A DNA stretch of 64,000 nucleotides from a virus. The notes beneath the pieces were generated by a model. That model was not told where the DNA came from. It made no database searches and saw only the letters and a program-made list of their open reading frames with translations. The position numbers and the translations under genes were made by a program. Positions within the stretch are counted from its first letter, which is position 1; each line of letters begins with the position of its first letter. Positions 37,642-48,026 of the stretch are shown in pieces. The stretch spans positions 4,179 through 68,178 of IMG/VR virus record IMGVR_UViG_3300005530_000025. One strand, given 5' to 3'.

Positions 37642-39927
37642 TCAGGTCATCACCTCATCGCGATCGTAATTGAGCAGATCGGTGCTCTCTGCCGTGACCC
37701 CGAGATGGCGGCGGATGCCGACGTGCGCAGGATCCTGATAGGCGCGCAGCTGCGGGCCGGATACCCAGTCGCCGCGCTCCTCCCTGGCCTGCCGCTCGGT
37801 CTCGGGCCCGTGCGCCACCATCACGAAGCCCTCGATCACGTTCTCCCCCTGATCCTGAGCGGCGCGCTCCAGGCGGGCCGCGCGCTGGCCGTCCTGGGCG
37901 GCCTCGTTCACGGCCCGGGCCATCGCGGCCTCGCTGCGCACCCGGGCCGCGCGCCGGTACAGCGAGCCCTGGCGGGTCATCAGGGACGGGCGGCGGGCGG
38001 CGGCCACCGGCATGCCGTCGCGCTCCTCGTCGCTCTCGGGCGGGCGCTGGGCCATGTCCTCGATCTCCTCGTCACCCTCCGGCCCCTCAGACGGCGCGGC
38101 CGGGTCGATCTCCTCGTTCTCGTCCCCGGGCACCATGTCCTCCGGGGTAGGCGCAAGGTCGGGCAGGGTCGGCGGGGTGATGCCCATGCGGTCGATCATG
38201 ACCTGCTCCTGGGCGATCGCCGGCGGCACTCCCTCCTGCTGGGCGAACGCGGCGAAGTCGGCCTTCAGGTCCTCCGGGATCGGCAGGCCCTCCTTCATCA
38301 GCTCGATGTAGGCCTGGCGGCGGGTGCGGGCCTGGGCCACGATGTCGGCCACGGCCTCGTCCTGGGACTTCTCCCGCTCCTCGTCCAGGTCGATGCCCAG
38401 GCCGCGGGTGCGGGTGCGCTGGCTGATCGGGATGCCGGATGCGCGCAGCGCCTCGGTGAACTGCCGCTGGGTGTCCTCGTCCCGGAAGTTGAGCACCGCG
38501 AAGTCGAGGTCGGGGACCAGGAGCGCGGGCTGCTCGGTGATGCGCCGCTCGCCGGTCTCCTCGTCGATCTCCAGGACCTCCTCCATCTTCACGAACCGGC
38601 GGCCGTTGCGCTCCTCGTAGTCGTAGTGCTCCTGGGCCTCGGCCACGATCAGGGCGCGCTGGGTGAAGTGCCGCTTCAGGTACTTCTGGTAGCGGGTCAT
38701 CAGCTGCTCGACCAGCTGCTTGTTCAGCGCGTCAGCCGCGTAGGTCTGGCCCTCCTGGGCGCCCATCAGGAACGTCCGGGACAGGCCGAACACCTGGAGC
38801 ACCCTGTCCTCGATCCGCTCGAAGTCGGGGGTCAGGTCGGGCATGTTCTCCCGGCCGAAGACAGGCTGGATGTCCACCGCGAAGTTGTGGATCAGGGCCC
38901 GGAAGTCGCCGGCCAGGGCAGCATCGAGCGCCAGCTCGAAGTTCTCCAGGTCATCGTCGGTGGGGATCCACGGGACCGAGGTGCCCAGGTCGGTGGCGGA
39001 GGCACCGAGCTTGCACAGGATGAGCGGGGTGTAGAGCCGGTCCGCGATGGAGTCCAGTGCGGTGTTGAGCATCTCCTGCTGGAGCATGGAGCGCATCGCC
39101 CGGGTGAGCAGCGGCAGCCCGCGGAGGCTGAAGGTGTCGCCCTTGAAGCGCAGCTGCTTGAGCAGGATGTTGCTGACGGGCATGTAGGCGTTCTCGGCCG
39201 TGTAGGCGGCCAGCTCGGGGTACTCCTGGACCAGCTTCTGGTACTCCCAGACGGGCTGGCGGGTGGTGAGGATCTGCCGGATCGTCCAGGGCAGCCGGAT
39301 GAAGTACCGCGGGTCCTTCAGGAACGGGGACCGCTCGACCTTGATGTCATCGGGGTTGAGCAGCTCCTCGTCATCCCAGATGCCCAGGTCCTCGTTGAAG
39401 GTGGCAAACGGCCACGCCTCCCCGGCCGTGTAGTACTCCCGGCCGATGTCGATCATGAACTCCTCGTAGTCCAGGCCGTCCTCGTCGAAGAACAGCCCGG
39501 AGTAGAACTCCTCCAGCCGGGTGTCCTTGCATGCCAGGTGCGCGCCCACCACGGGGAACTTCGAGAAGATGTCCACGCACGAGCCCACGATGGGGTCTGT
39601 CTGGTAGAGCAGCCGGCAGAACGCCCGGACCTTGGCCAGCTCCTCGTTCTCGGAGAAGTCGTAGGGCAGGTTGTTCTGGCGCCAGTAGAACAGCGGGTCA
39701 CGCGGGCGGCCGGTGGCGAACTGGATGTCAGAGAAGCCGCCGCCCGCGCCGCCGTAGCCCGAGCCCGCAGTGCGCGAGATCCGGGCCACCCGGGCATTCA
39801 CCCGGCGGTTCTTGCGAGCCTCCGCCACCTCAGGCGACATCTGCTCATCACGCAGCCCGCGGGCGCCGAAGGCCAGCCCCCGGGACAGCTCGGACTGGCC
39901 GGGAGCTGGCTTGTAGGTGACCCTCAT
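37642..39927 (-). CDS. Portal protein (Bxz1-like)
   Basis: RAFCRLLYQTDPIVGSCVDIFSKFP, GREYYTAGEAWPF, RGLPLLTRAMRSML...IADRLYTPLIL; GGAGGGG RBS. Confidence 0.85.
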   Translation of the reverse strand: MRVTYKPAPGQSELSRGLAFGARGLRDEQMSPEVAEARKNRRVNARVARISRTAGSGYGGAGGGFSDIQFATGRPRDPLFYWRQNNLPYDFSENEELAKVRAFCRLLYQTDPIVGSCVDIFSKFPVVGAHLACKDTRLEEFYSGLFFDEDGLDYEEFMIDIGREYYTAGEAWPFATFNEDLGIWDDEELLNPDDIKVERSPFLKDPRYFIRLPWTIRQILTTRQPVWEYQKLVQEYPELAAYTAENAYMPVSNILLKQLRFKGDTFSLRGLPLLTRAMRSMLQQEMLNTALDSIADRLYTPLILCKLGASATDLGTSVPWIPTDDDLENFELALDAALAGDFRALIHNFAVDIQPVFGRENMPDLTPDFERIEDRVLQVFGLSRTFLMGAQEGQTYAADALNKQLVEQLMTRYQKYLKRHFTQRALIVAEAQEHYDYEERNGRRFVKMEEVLEIDEETGERRITEQPALLVPDLDFAVLNFRDEDTQRQFTEALRASGIPISQRTRTRGLGIDLDEEREKSQDEAVADIVAQARTRRQAYIELMKEGLPIPEDLKADFAAFAQQEGVPPAIAQEQVMIDRMGITPPTLPDLAPTPEDMVPGDENEEIDPAAPSEGPEGDEEIEDMAQRPPESDEERDGMPVAAARRPSLMTRQGSLYRRAARVRSEAAMARAVNEAAQDGQRAARLERAAQDQGENVIEGFVMVAHGPETERQAREERGDWVSGPQLRAYQDPAHVGIRRHLGVTAESTDLLNYDRDEVMT

Positions 39928-40146
39928 GACCCCTCCGGTCCGCGCAGCATCCCGGCCCACTTGCGCAGGCGGCAGGGATCAGCCCCGGTAGTGCGGCCGG
40001 CCAGCCCGCCGACGGCATCCAGGTGGTCGGCCAGCTCGTCCAGCAGGTTCGGGTCGATCGCCTCGGCCGCCCGCAGCAGCCGGTCATGCCGGCGGGCCCG
40101 GGCGGAGGCGGACCGGACCTCCTGGCGGGCCGGCTCCTCGCGCGCC

Positions 40147-40419
40147 CTAGCCGCCTGGTGCACGGTCCTCCTCCCGGGCGGGCACGCCCGGCTGCGCATC
40201 GCGGCGCTCCGGCAGCCACCGGTCAGGATCCTGGAGGATCGCGATGGTAGCCCGGTTCGCCTTGTGTTCCGGGACCACCCGGATGGCCGCCTTCAGGAAC
40301 TCCTGGACCGGGCCCAGGTGCTCCTCGCCGGACTCGCCCATGTCCCAGGGCCCGAACACCTCGGTGACCGGGCCGCCGTTCTCGGTCCAGGTCAGCTCGA
40401 CCACGACCTGCCCGCTCAC
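40147..40419 (-). CDS. Hypothetical protein
   Basis: Coupled to the upstream gene. Confidence 0.5.
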   Translation of the reverse strand: MSGQVVVELTWTENGGPVTEVFGPWDMGESGEEHLGPVQEFLKAAIRVVPEHKANRATIAILQDPDRWLPERRDAQPGVPAREEDRAPGG

Positions 40420-41072
40420 AGGCTGCCCCCCGGCAGGACCGGGCGGCCGGCCCAGGCGGCCTCGCGCTGCGCCGCGGTCAGCACGTGGCGGACGGCCGCC
40501 CGGTTCGAGCGGATGGCGGCCAGCACGGCCGGGTCGCAGCCGGACAGCCGGGCGGCCACATGCCGGGCGAAGGTGTCCTCGTCCATCAGCTCACCGTCGG
40601 TCAGCGACCGGTAGGACCCCTTTTTCCTGCTCTTGCCCTTCGGGGGCGGGGGCGGTGCGTCATCACCCTCGTCGTCGTCCTCAGGAGACCCTGAGCCATC
40701 CTCGTCCGGCGGGGCGTCATCATCACCCGCGAAGGGGTTCCCGCCGTCCTCGTCGTCCTCCGGGGCGCCGCCGGGGCCCATCATGGACGGGTCGCCGTCA
40801 GGCGGCAGGGCATCCGGGGGCAGGACCCCGCCGTCAGGGCCGATGTCGGAGGGAGCACCCGGCCCGGCCGGGGCCTGGGGCGAGCCCGGGAAGGCCGGCT
40901 GGACCCGGACGATGTAGTTCTGGCCGCAGAAGTCGCACCCGATCGTGCCGTCGGAGCGGCCGATCACCTGGCCTGATCCGCAGAACGGGCAGTGACTGGT
41001 GATCAGCGGGTCGCCCGGGTCATGCGCCAGCCGGGTGCCGAGCCCCGGCGGGGCCGCGGGGTACAGGTCCAT
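40416..41072 (-). CDS. Zn-ribbon protein upstream of portal
   Basis: HCPFCGSGQVIGRSDGTIGCDFC; GGGAGG RBS; CCACGGAAGG motif. Confidence 0.7.
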   Translation of the reverse strand: MDLYPAAPPGLGTRLAHDPGDPLITSHCPFCGSGQVIGRSDGTIGCDFCGQNYIVRVQPAFPGSPQAPAGPGAPSDIGPDGGVLPPDALPPDGDPSMMGPGGAPEDDEDGGNPFAGDDDAPPDEDGSGSPEDDDEGDDAPPPPPKGKSRKKGSYRSLTDGELMDEDTFARHVAARLSGCDPAVLAAIRSNRAAVRHVLTAAQREAAWAGRPVLPGGSL

Positions 41073-41148
41073 GCTTGCCTCCCTAACCCTTCCGTGGCCC
41101 GGCCGCGGGCCCGTGGAATGCTGCGGCCTTTCTTGCTAAGGTGGAAGA

Positions 41149-41382
41149 ATGGACCTCATCTTCGAGCGCTACGGGCAGAAGATGTACGCCCGCACCTGGG
41201 GCGGCGAGCTGGCCTTCGGGGAGAACAGCGGCCTGCATGAGTGGCGGGAGGGCCAGCGCATCGACTACACAGGCGGCGACCGCCAGCACTCCGGCAACGG
41301 CAGGATGTGGATGACCGGCGGCCGGGGCGAGCCGGCCAGGCTGGGATTCGCGGCAGCGGTATCACCGCTGCGGATGAACTGA
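41149..41382 (+). CDS. Hypothetical protein (probably leaderless)
   Basis: ATG 6 nt after TTTCTTGC-TAAGGT. Confidence 0.55.
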   Translation: MDLIFERYGQKMYARTWGGELAFGENSGLHEWREGQRIDYTGGDRQHSGNGRMWMTGGRGEPARLGFAAAVSPLRMN

Positions 41383-41389
41383 GGAGCGC

Positions 41390-41938
41390 GTGATGTCGGT
41401 ACGGATGCCGGAGCCCCGGAGCGAGAGAAGGCTGCTGATGACGGCCGGGCACTACGGGGCATGGCTCATCGCCGGGCTCATCCCGGTAACTATCGCCACG
41501 AGCAACAAGGGGATCTATGACGGCCCGGCGGGCATAGCCGGCACGATCCTGGTCACGCTCCTGCTCGGCAGCTGGCTGGCCGGCACCGCTCAGCACACCA
41601 GGAGCCTGTGCGGGCGCTGCGCGGCCAGCACGCCCCTGGACCCCCAGGCTGCCGTCCGCCGCTGGCGCCCGGTCCTGAAGATCATGCACTCGCGCCGGGC
41701 AGCATGCCTGTCTGTCACGGTCGCGGGCCTGCTGATCGGCTCTGCCTTCCTGCCCGGCGGCCAGACCGCTTCCCCGGCGATCATCATGGCCTGCTCCGGA
41801 ATCGCCGGGGCCACCTGGCTCCAGATCGCCAGCACCAGGCATCAGCGGCTCCAGCCCTGGTGCCCGTGGTGTCACTGGGATGACGGCGGAGACGAGGAAG
41901 TCACGCCGGAGGTGCCCGACCCGGCCATGTCGCTGTGA
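41390..41938 (+). CDS. Four-TM membrane protein with Cys/His motifs
   Basis: H..LCGRC and HQRLQPWCPWC. Confidence 0.65.
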   Translation: MMSVRMPEPRSERRLLMTAGHYGAWLIAGLIPVTIATSNKGIYDGPAGIAGTILVTLLLGSWLAGTAQHTRSLCGRCAASTPLDPQAAVRRWRPVLKIMHSRRAACLSVTVAGLLIGSAFLPGGQTASPAIIMACSGIAGATWLQIASTRHQRLQPWCPWCHWDDGGDEEVTPEVPDPAMSL

Positions 41939-42222
41939 GCGAGCTGGCAGGCCGGGTCCGGCAGGCCCTGGGCAGCATGGGCACCGCCGAGGTGGACGGC
42001 CGGGCGTACCAGGTCACGAGCATGCGCATCGAGAACGGCGAGATCGTCATCACGGCAGTCCGTCACGGCCTGGCGCCGGAGGTGCGGGACGAGGCCATCA
42101 CCATCACCGGCCCGGACGGGATGCAGCTGTGCCACGGCGGGTCGGTCAGCATCCCGCCGGTTCCCCCGTCCCACTGCGCCGAGCTGGACCTGCGACTGAG
42201 TGTCGATCTGGTGGATCCGTGA
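41935..42222 (+). CDS. Hypothetical protein, tandem paralog A
   Basis: YQVTSMRIENGEIVIT...ITGPDGMQLCHGG. Confidence 0.65.
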   Translation: MSELAGRVRQALGSMGTAEVDGRAYQVTSMRIENGEIVITAVRHGLAPEVRDEAITITGPDGMQLCHGGSVSIPPVPPSHCAELDLRLSVDLVDP

Positions 42223-42476
42223 GCCTGGGCCACCTGATCGCGGGGGGACTGCGGTTCGAGGTGACCTCAGTCAGGCTGCGGGACGGCCGGATCGTGATCG
42301 AGACCGCCCGCAGGGGACCGGTCGAGTCGATGTCAGGCGTCCCGGTGACCCTGTTCGGCGCCGACGGGCAGGGGATCTTCCAGGGCGGCGAGCTGGTCAT
42401 CCCGGGTGCTCCCGAGGGGAGCCAGTGCATCGTCCGGGCCGGCGTGCGGATCGAGACGATCCGGCCCGAGGACTAG
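42219..42476 (+). CDS. Hypothetical protein, tandem paralog B
   Basis: FEVTSVRLRDGRIVIE...LFGADGQGIFQGG. Confidence 0.65.
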   Translation: MSLGHLIAGGLRFEVTSVRLRDGRIVIETARRGPVESMSGVPVTLFGADGQGIFQGGELVIPGAPEGSQCIVRAGVRIETIRPED

Positions 42477-42620
42477 GCCGCCTCCTGAAACCGCAGGGTA
42501 TCGCTCACTTGCTCCTCCGCCCCGCCAGCAGCACCAGCAGGATGACCACCAGGACCACGAGCTGGCCCGCCTGGATGAGCCAGATCGAGCCCAGCTCCGA
42601 CTGCACCGACTCCGCCAGTA

Positions 42621-45215
42621 TCACCTGCCCGCGGCCGGCGGGGTGCCGAAGATGCCCGGGTGCTCGCGGACCAGCAGGGTGATCATCACGGGGCTGCCCT
42701 CGCGCCAGGAGTGCGACCCGTAAGCCGGCACCAGCCACTGGGCCGGGCTGGTGACCTCCCAGGCAGTGCCGTCCACGATCAGCAGGCTGCCGATGGCGGG
42801 CACGGACGGCAGCGGCAGGTCCCGCGCGGCGGTCTCGTCCTCGTTCACCGCCAGGGTCGCACGGTAAGGACACTGAGACGGGTAGTCAGGCATGATCATC
42901 TCCGGAAGGTCTTGCGGAAGGCCCGCAGGCGCAGGCGCCGGGTGAGGCGGGCGGGCTGCCACCAGGCCCGGCGGCAGGCCCGCGAGCAGAACCGGGCGGA
43001 CGGTCCGAGGGAGAGCGCCGGGCCGGAGGCGATCCCGGGCCGGCCGCGGGCATCCATGTAGCCGCCGGATATCAGCCGGGCCTGCATGGCCCGGAGCGCG
43101 GGCATGTCGTCGCGGCACTTCCGGCAGTGCCGGGGGCACCGGCAGGACTGGTCGTGCAGGCCCGGCATGCTCCCGGAGAAGCCGCGGGCCCAGATGGTCG
43201 GGTGCTGAGCCATCAGATGCTCTCCAGCCTGACCTCGACGACAACCTGCGATCGGCGGGTGAAGTGCTCCTCGCCATTGCGCGGGCGGCCGTACAGCAGC
43301 CAGGTGACCGACTGGACCGGCTGGATGACGCCCAGGCCGGCGGTGGTGCCGGTGACCTCGTCGTCCGCCTGGCTGTGTGCCGGGTGGAACAGCCGGTCAC
43401 CCGGCCGGGGCAGCGGGCCCTCATGCGGGTCGATGCGGGCGATCAGGGTGTCACCCTCGCCGGTGATGTGCTGGCGGACCTCGACGATCATGTCTTCTCC
43501 TCAGTGGTATCGATAGCGGAGCGGACCAGGTGCCGGAGCTGGCGGGCGATGCCCTCGCGGCACTCCGGCCGGATCAGGTGATCCACCGCGACGGTGACCC
43601 AGGCCTCGTCACGGAACAGCGCGGCAAGCTGGACGGCTCCGCGAAGGGCGAACCTGGCGTGCCCGTTGCCCAGGCGCAGCCGCGGGACCATCGCGTCATA
43701 CAGCGAGGCGGACCGGGTAACCCTGGACGGGTACGGGAGCCCGCCGGGCCAGCCGTCGGCCCACCTGGAACGGGCCCACTGAGGAGCTGACTCCGGGGCC
43801 GGGACATCGCCTGCCGGGTCGGGGGTGATGGCCGTGCCCTGGCCATATGGCGTGGTGTCGTCCGGGATCCAGGTCGTCATCTCAGTGCCCGATCACGTGC
43901 GCGACGGACGGGGTGAAGCGGGACGGAGCGGTGCAGTCGTGAGCGCAGGGCAGCGACACTCCGACGGCGGAGCCGAGCACCAGTCCGGTGATGACAGCCA
44001 GGGCCAGCTGGCGGATGAAGATCATTACTGCCTCCCCCGGCGCCCGTTCCGGCGGCCGATGTGGATCTGCCCGCACTGCTTGCACCTGAAGGGCCGCGGA
44101 TTGCCCTGAACCTTGAATGTCCGGCGCCACTGGCGGATCCGGGCCTGCGCGGCCTCCTCGGAGGGGAAAGCCTCCTTGCGAGCGCAGTTGGTGAACGGGT
44201 CCATCGCTCAGGTCTCACGATCGGCCAGGTAGACGGAACCGCTGGCGCCATCGTGCAGGCGGCTGGCGATGGTCCCGATCTTCGCCGCGTCCGCCTTCGT
44301 CATGCCGTCCTGGAGCGCCAGGGCCTGCACCCGCCGGGCGAGCGCCCGGGCCTCGCTGGCGGCCTGCCTCAGGGCGTGCCGGGTGTCCTCGGTGATCACT
44401 CGTCGTCCTCCGCCCCGACCTCATTCGCGCCCCAGGAGCACACATCGTTCACGAAGTCCTCGGCCAGGTCGATGATCTTCTGGGCGCGAGCGCTCCCGGA
44501 AAGGCCCTCCAGCTCGGAGGCAGGGACCTCGATGACCTCGTCATAGCCGTCGATGGTCCAGCTGGGCTCGATGGTCACCCGGACCCTGACGGTCCCTTCC
44601 TCAGCCATTTCCTGACCTCCCCGGATCATGGCGCGGCCCACATCAGCCCGGAGGCAGCCCGCGGGTCGTCGCGGATAAGGGTCATGACCTGCTTCGAGGT
44701 CAGGCCCTCGTGCATCGCGCCCTCCCACATCAGCTGCGGGCTGACCGCGCCGAGCAGGACCTGAGCGCAGCTGTCGAGCAGGCCGGCCATCAGCTCGGCG
44801 TCAGTGCAGCGGCTGGCCCCGGTCTTGCGGCCGGACCTCAGTGCCTCGCTGTAGGCGCTCACGCCGGCACCTCCGTCAGGGCGAAGACCTTGTAGGTGCG
44901 GAAGTCGCGGTGCAGCTCGGCATCCCGCAGGTCCGCCATCTCGCGGGCGGTCTCCGCCGTGAACAGGGCGCCCCGGTGGTCGCGGGCGAAGGTGTAGCCG
45001 TCACGGGTGTCCACGACCACGTGCGTCGGGACGGCCGAGGGCATCCAGGTCCTCGCGTAGGCCCCCATGTCCTTCGAGCCCGAGGCGTAGAAGTCCTCCA
45101 GGAACCGGCCGGTCATGACCGAGGCCGCTCTGGTCTCCAGCTGGCCGAAGCCGGGGTGCAGCTCCAGCAGGGCGGTAAACGCCACCGAGCGGTCGAGCGG
45201 GTTGCGCTGGGTCAT
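42621..45215 (-). CDS. Run of small coupled hypothetical genes (42621-42899, 42896-43213, 43213-43491, 43488-43880, 44208-44399, 44396-44608, 44626-44862, 44859-45215)
   Basis: Overlapping start/stop codons; downstream of promoter 45252-45280. Confidence 0.55.
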
Positions 45216-45251
45216 CTGGTCCTCCGCTTCGTCGCGTTCCTTGCACGACCC

Positions 45252-45280
45252 ACATTACAGGGTTTCTTGCTAAGAATCAA
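45252..45280 (-). promoter_or_regulatory. Repeated promoter/operator
   Basis: TTGATT-CTTAGCAAGAAACCCTG-TAATGT. Confidence 0.75.
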
Positions 45281-45369
45281 CCAGCTGACTGCCGTCGCAT
45301 CCTGAGTAAATCCCCGGCAGGGCAAGATGGTCGGGGAGAACGCAGGCCCTACCCCGGCAGGAGGCCAGC

Positions 45370-45954
45370 ATGGCCGGATACCCCCATGGCGACCTGGCGC
45401 ATCACTGCGGCCCCGGGTGCGCTGAGTACGAGGACTGGCTCCGGCGGGCCGGCCAGGGCAGCGCGCACCCGGGCAGCCGCCGCCTGGGCCGCTACCAGCG
45501 GGCCGGCGGCATCCGGGTGAGCGAGTACGAGGACCACGCCTGCGGGCCGGGCTGCCCGCTGTATGACGCGAAGATGATGGCCGAGCTGATGACCCCGGCT
45601 CCGTGGCCCGGCGACCCGATACCGGGCCAGCCGCACGGCAAGCCCGGGCACGGCTGCGACCCGGGGTGCCCCGACTACGACGCCACCGCGGCGATGGTGG
45701 AGGCCTACCAGGAGGCGCGGCAGTTCGCGGGCCTGCCCCCGGCCTGGGCCGGAGAGCAGCTGACCCCGCACGGCAGGGCCGGTCACATGTGCGGGCTGGC
45801 CTGCCCGGAGGCTGACCTGATGGGCGACCTGGGCGAGGCCATGACCGCCGGGCGCGCCAGGGCAGCCCGTCCCGGGTCATCTCCGGGAGCATCCGGGCGG
45901 TGGCGGCAGTGGCTGCGGCACGCCACGGGCGGACGGCGGCATCAGGACGGCTGA
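45370..45954 (+). CDS. Protein with four HxCxxxC repeats (metal-binding?)
   Basis: AGGAGG RBS; HHCGPGC, HACGPGC, HGCDPGC, HMCGLAC. Confidence 0.6.
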   Translation: MAGYPHGDLAHHCGPGCAEYEDWLRRAGQGSAHPGSRRLGRYQRAGGIRVSEYEDHACGPGCPLYDAKMMAELMTPAPWPGDPIPGQPHGKPGHGCDPGCPDYDATAAMVEAYQEARQFAGLPPAWAGEQLTPHGRAGHMCGLACPEADLMGDLGEAMTAGRARAARPGSSPGASGRWRQWLRHATGGRRHQDG

Positions 45955-46098
45955 CTCATCGTGCCGTCCGCAGCGCAGGCACAGCCGCCATTCTTTTGCC
46001 ATCCGCGGAGCCTTTCTGCGGACGTAGACGGGTGGGGTGTGGTGCTGCCCTGGCCCGCGGCGGATTGCTGTACGCGGGCCAGGGCAGGCTGGTGCGGG

Positions 46099-46524
46099 CT
46101 AGTCCTTCATTGCGGCGCGCCTGGACCAGGCCATGACGAGGTGCGCCCAGTCGGGGTAGTGCTCGATGGCCGGGAGGGTGTGAAAAACGTTCTCGCGCGG
46201 GCCGACGATGACAAGGTGCTTGCCGAGGCCGAGGGCGAGCCCGAACTCGACATGGCGGCCGCCCTTGCCGCCCCCGCCGGGCGACGTGAATGAGATGACC
46301 GTGTCCGCGGCCTCCAGGTCGTGCAGGTCGGCCTCTGCGTACTGGCTGCACTCGGCTGGCTCGGCATTCAGCTTCTCGCCGACGACGGACTCCAGGAGGT
46401 TGCCGCCGTGCTGGTCGATCCACCGTGAGGTGATGGTGTAGCCGAGGGCCTGGAGGACGTCGCGGACGCCCTGCATCTCTTCGTGGCGGCTGTAGCGGGC
46501 TGCCAGGTAGATCTGGGTGGTCAT
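46099..46524 (-). CDS. Nucleoside 2-deoxyribosyltransferase-like protein
   Basis: IYLAARY...DLHDLEAADTVI...GRHVEFGLALGLGK. Confidence 0.78.
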   Translation of the reverse strand: MTTQIYLAARYSRHEEMQGVRDVLQALGYTITSRWIDQHGGNLLESVVGEKLNAEPAECSQYAEADLHDLEAADTVISFTSPGGGGKGGRHVEFGLALGLGKHLVIVGPRENVFHTLPAIEHYPDWAHLVMAWSRRAAMKD

Positions 46525-46657
46525 GTGGTGCCTTCCTGTGTCGCTGCGGTTGGTGCTGCCGCCCCGGCGAAGCTGGGACCGGGGCAGCAGGCTCTAGGGG
46601 GTGGCGGCGTTGTCTGGCGCGTAGCGGTGTGCGCCCTGGCACCGGCAGGGGCACGGC

Positions 46658-47356
46658 TCACGGGCGGCCAGGGCAGGTCACCAGCTCCCGGCTCAGGGTG
46701 ACCAGCCCGGTGCGGGCGACCGAGCGCCAGCTGAAGCCGCAGCAGCGCGTGAAGGTATCGCTGCCCTCCGGGTCATCCTCCGGGAGCACCATCAGGTGCA
46801 CGACCAGGTCCCCGGGGCTGTCCGGCGAGCCCCGGCTCACCAGGCGGTAGGCGGTCCGCAGCGTGCCCGGCGAGCAGTGCCCGTAGTCCTGCCGCCTGCT
46901 TCTGCCGTGCGCGGGCTCCAGGATCCGGTAGCGCACCGTGTCCCCGTACCGCCCGCCATCCTCCACGCGCTCGACCTGAACGCGGCGGCCGTGCACGCTC
47001 CCGCCCTTCTTCCCCTCCCAGACCTGGCCGGGCAGGACCGGCGTCAGGTAGTCCGGGGCAGGCCGGGGCGCGGAACTGGTGACGGCCGCCGTCCCGGCCG
47101 GCAGCCCGGCCAGGCCCCGGCCGCGGGGCGTGCATGCGTAGGTGACCACCGAGCGCCCGGCGCTGCCCTGGCGGGTGCCCTTCACCGCCAGCCCGGCCGA
47201 GACCAGGCGGGCCGCCGCGGTGGTCATCTGCGAGCCGGTGATGCGGAAGTCCCGCAGCCGCAGCTCGGTGCTCAGCTCCTCGCGGGACCGGGACTCGCTG
47301 CTGGCGGCCAGCAGGTACAGCAGCGCGTTCTCCTGGGGCGTCAGGTACCGGGTCAT
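46658..47356 (-). CDS. HTH-containing hypothetical protein
   Basis: wHTH-like N-terminus ending YACTPRGR. Confidence 0.55.
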   Translation of the reverse strand: MTRYLTPQENALLYLLAASSESRSREELSTELRLRDFRITGSQMTTAAARLVSAGLAVKGTRQGSAGRSVVTYACTPRGRGLAGLPAGTAAVTSSAPRPAPDYLTPVLPGQVWEGKKGGSVHGRRVQVERVEDGGRYGDTVRYRILEPAHGRSRRQDYGHCSPGTLRTAYRLVSRGSPDSPGDLVVHLMVLPEDDPEGSDTFTRCCGFSWRSVARTGLVTLSRELVTCPGRP

Positions 47357-47471
47357 GGCGCTGTCCCGGGGCTGACCTGCGCGGGCGGGGCATGGTGCGC
47401 CGGGCTCTCCGCTGATCCGATAGCCGCTCCCAGGGCAGCACCGATGATGATGGCCAGGATCAGCGAGCGGA

Positions 47472-48023
47472 TCATGGCGCCCTCCAGTAGCCGTAGACGC
47501 AGCGGGTGCCATCGCGGCACGGGTCGTAGGTGTCGTGCACCGTGCCGTCAATCACCGCGGTGATGTGCTTTGTCACCGAGACGATCAGGCGGCCGTCAGG
47601 CAGCTCGCCCGGGGTGAGGTGGACCCGGCAGCCCGTGCCGATGCCCATCACGGGGGTCCAGGCAAGGCCCAGCCCGGCCAGGTAGGCGCGAGTGGTCCTC
47701 TTCTCGATCCCGGTGCGGGCAGCGGACGGACGATGCCCGCGGAGATGCTCATGCTGGCGGCAGAAGGCGTTCAGCTCGTCATAGACCTCGCGGTAGGGGC
47801 GGCCGGTCACGATGGCCACGGCCCGGGTGACGCAGTCGCCGGTATCGCCCCGGAAGCCAGCCGCCGCGCGCCCTCCGTCGTCGGTCACCAGCGGCAGCGC
47901 GCCACGGCCGGCAGCGGTCACCGGGCCGGCCTTCAGGTCCGCCACGTACGCCGGCCCGCGCAGCGCCTCCGGCACCTCGGTGCCTGCCAGCAGCAGCGAG
48001 TCCATCCACCTGGTCCTGGTCAT
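47472..48023 (-). CDS. Conserved-type phage protein (GDCVTRA motif, peptidase-like)
   Basis: GDCVTRAVAIVTGRPYREVY...HITAVIDG..HDTYD. Confidence 0.65.
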   Translation of the reverse strand: MTRTRWMDSLLLAGTEVPEALRGPAYVADLKAGPVTAAGRGALPLVTDDGGRAAAGFRGDTGDCVTRAVAIVTGRPYREVYDELNAFCRQHEHLRGHRPSAARTGIEKRTTRAYLAGLGLAWTPVMGIGTGCRVHLTPGELPDGRLIVSVTKHITAVIDGTVHDTYDPCRDGTRCVYGYWRAP

Positions 48024-48026
48024 TGC

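Noticed and set aside
19249-40614. Long + strand ORFs such as 19249-22005, 32469-33950 and 37705-40614
   Set aside because: Antisense shadows of clear minus-strand genes, typical of high-GC codon bias.
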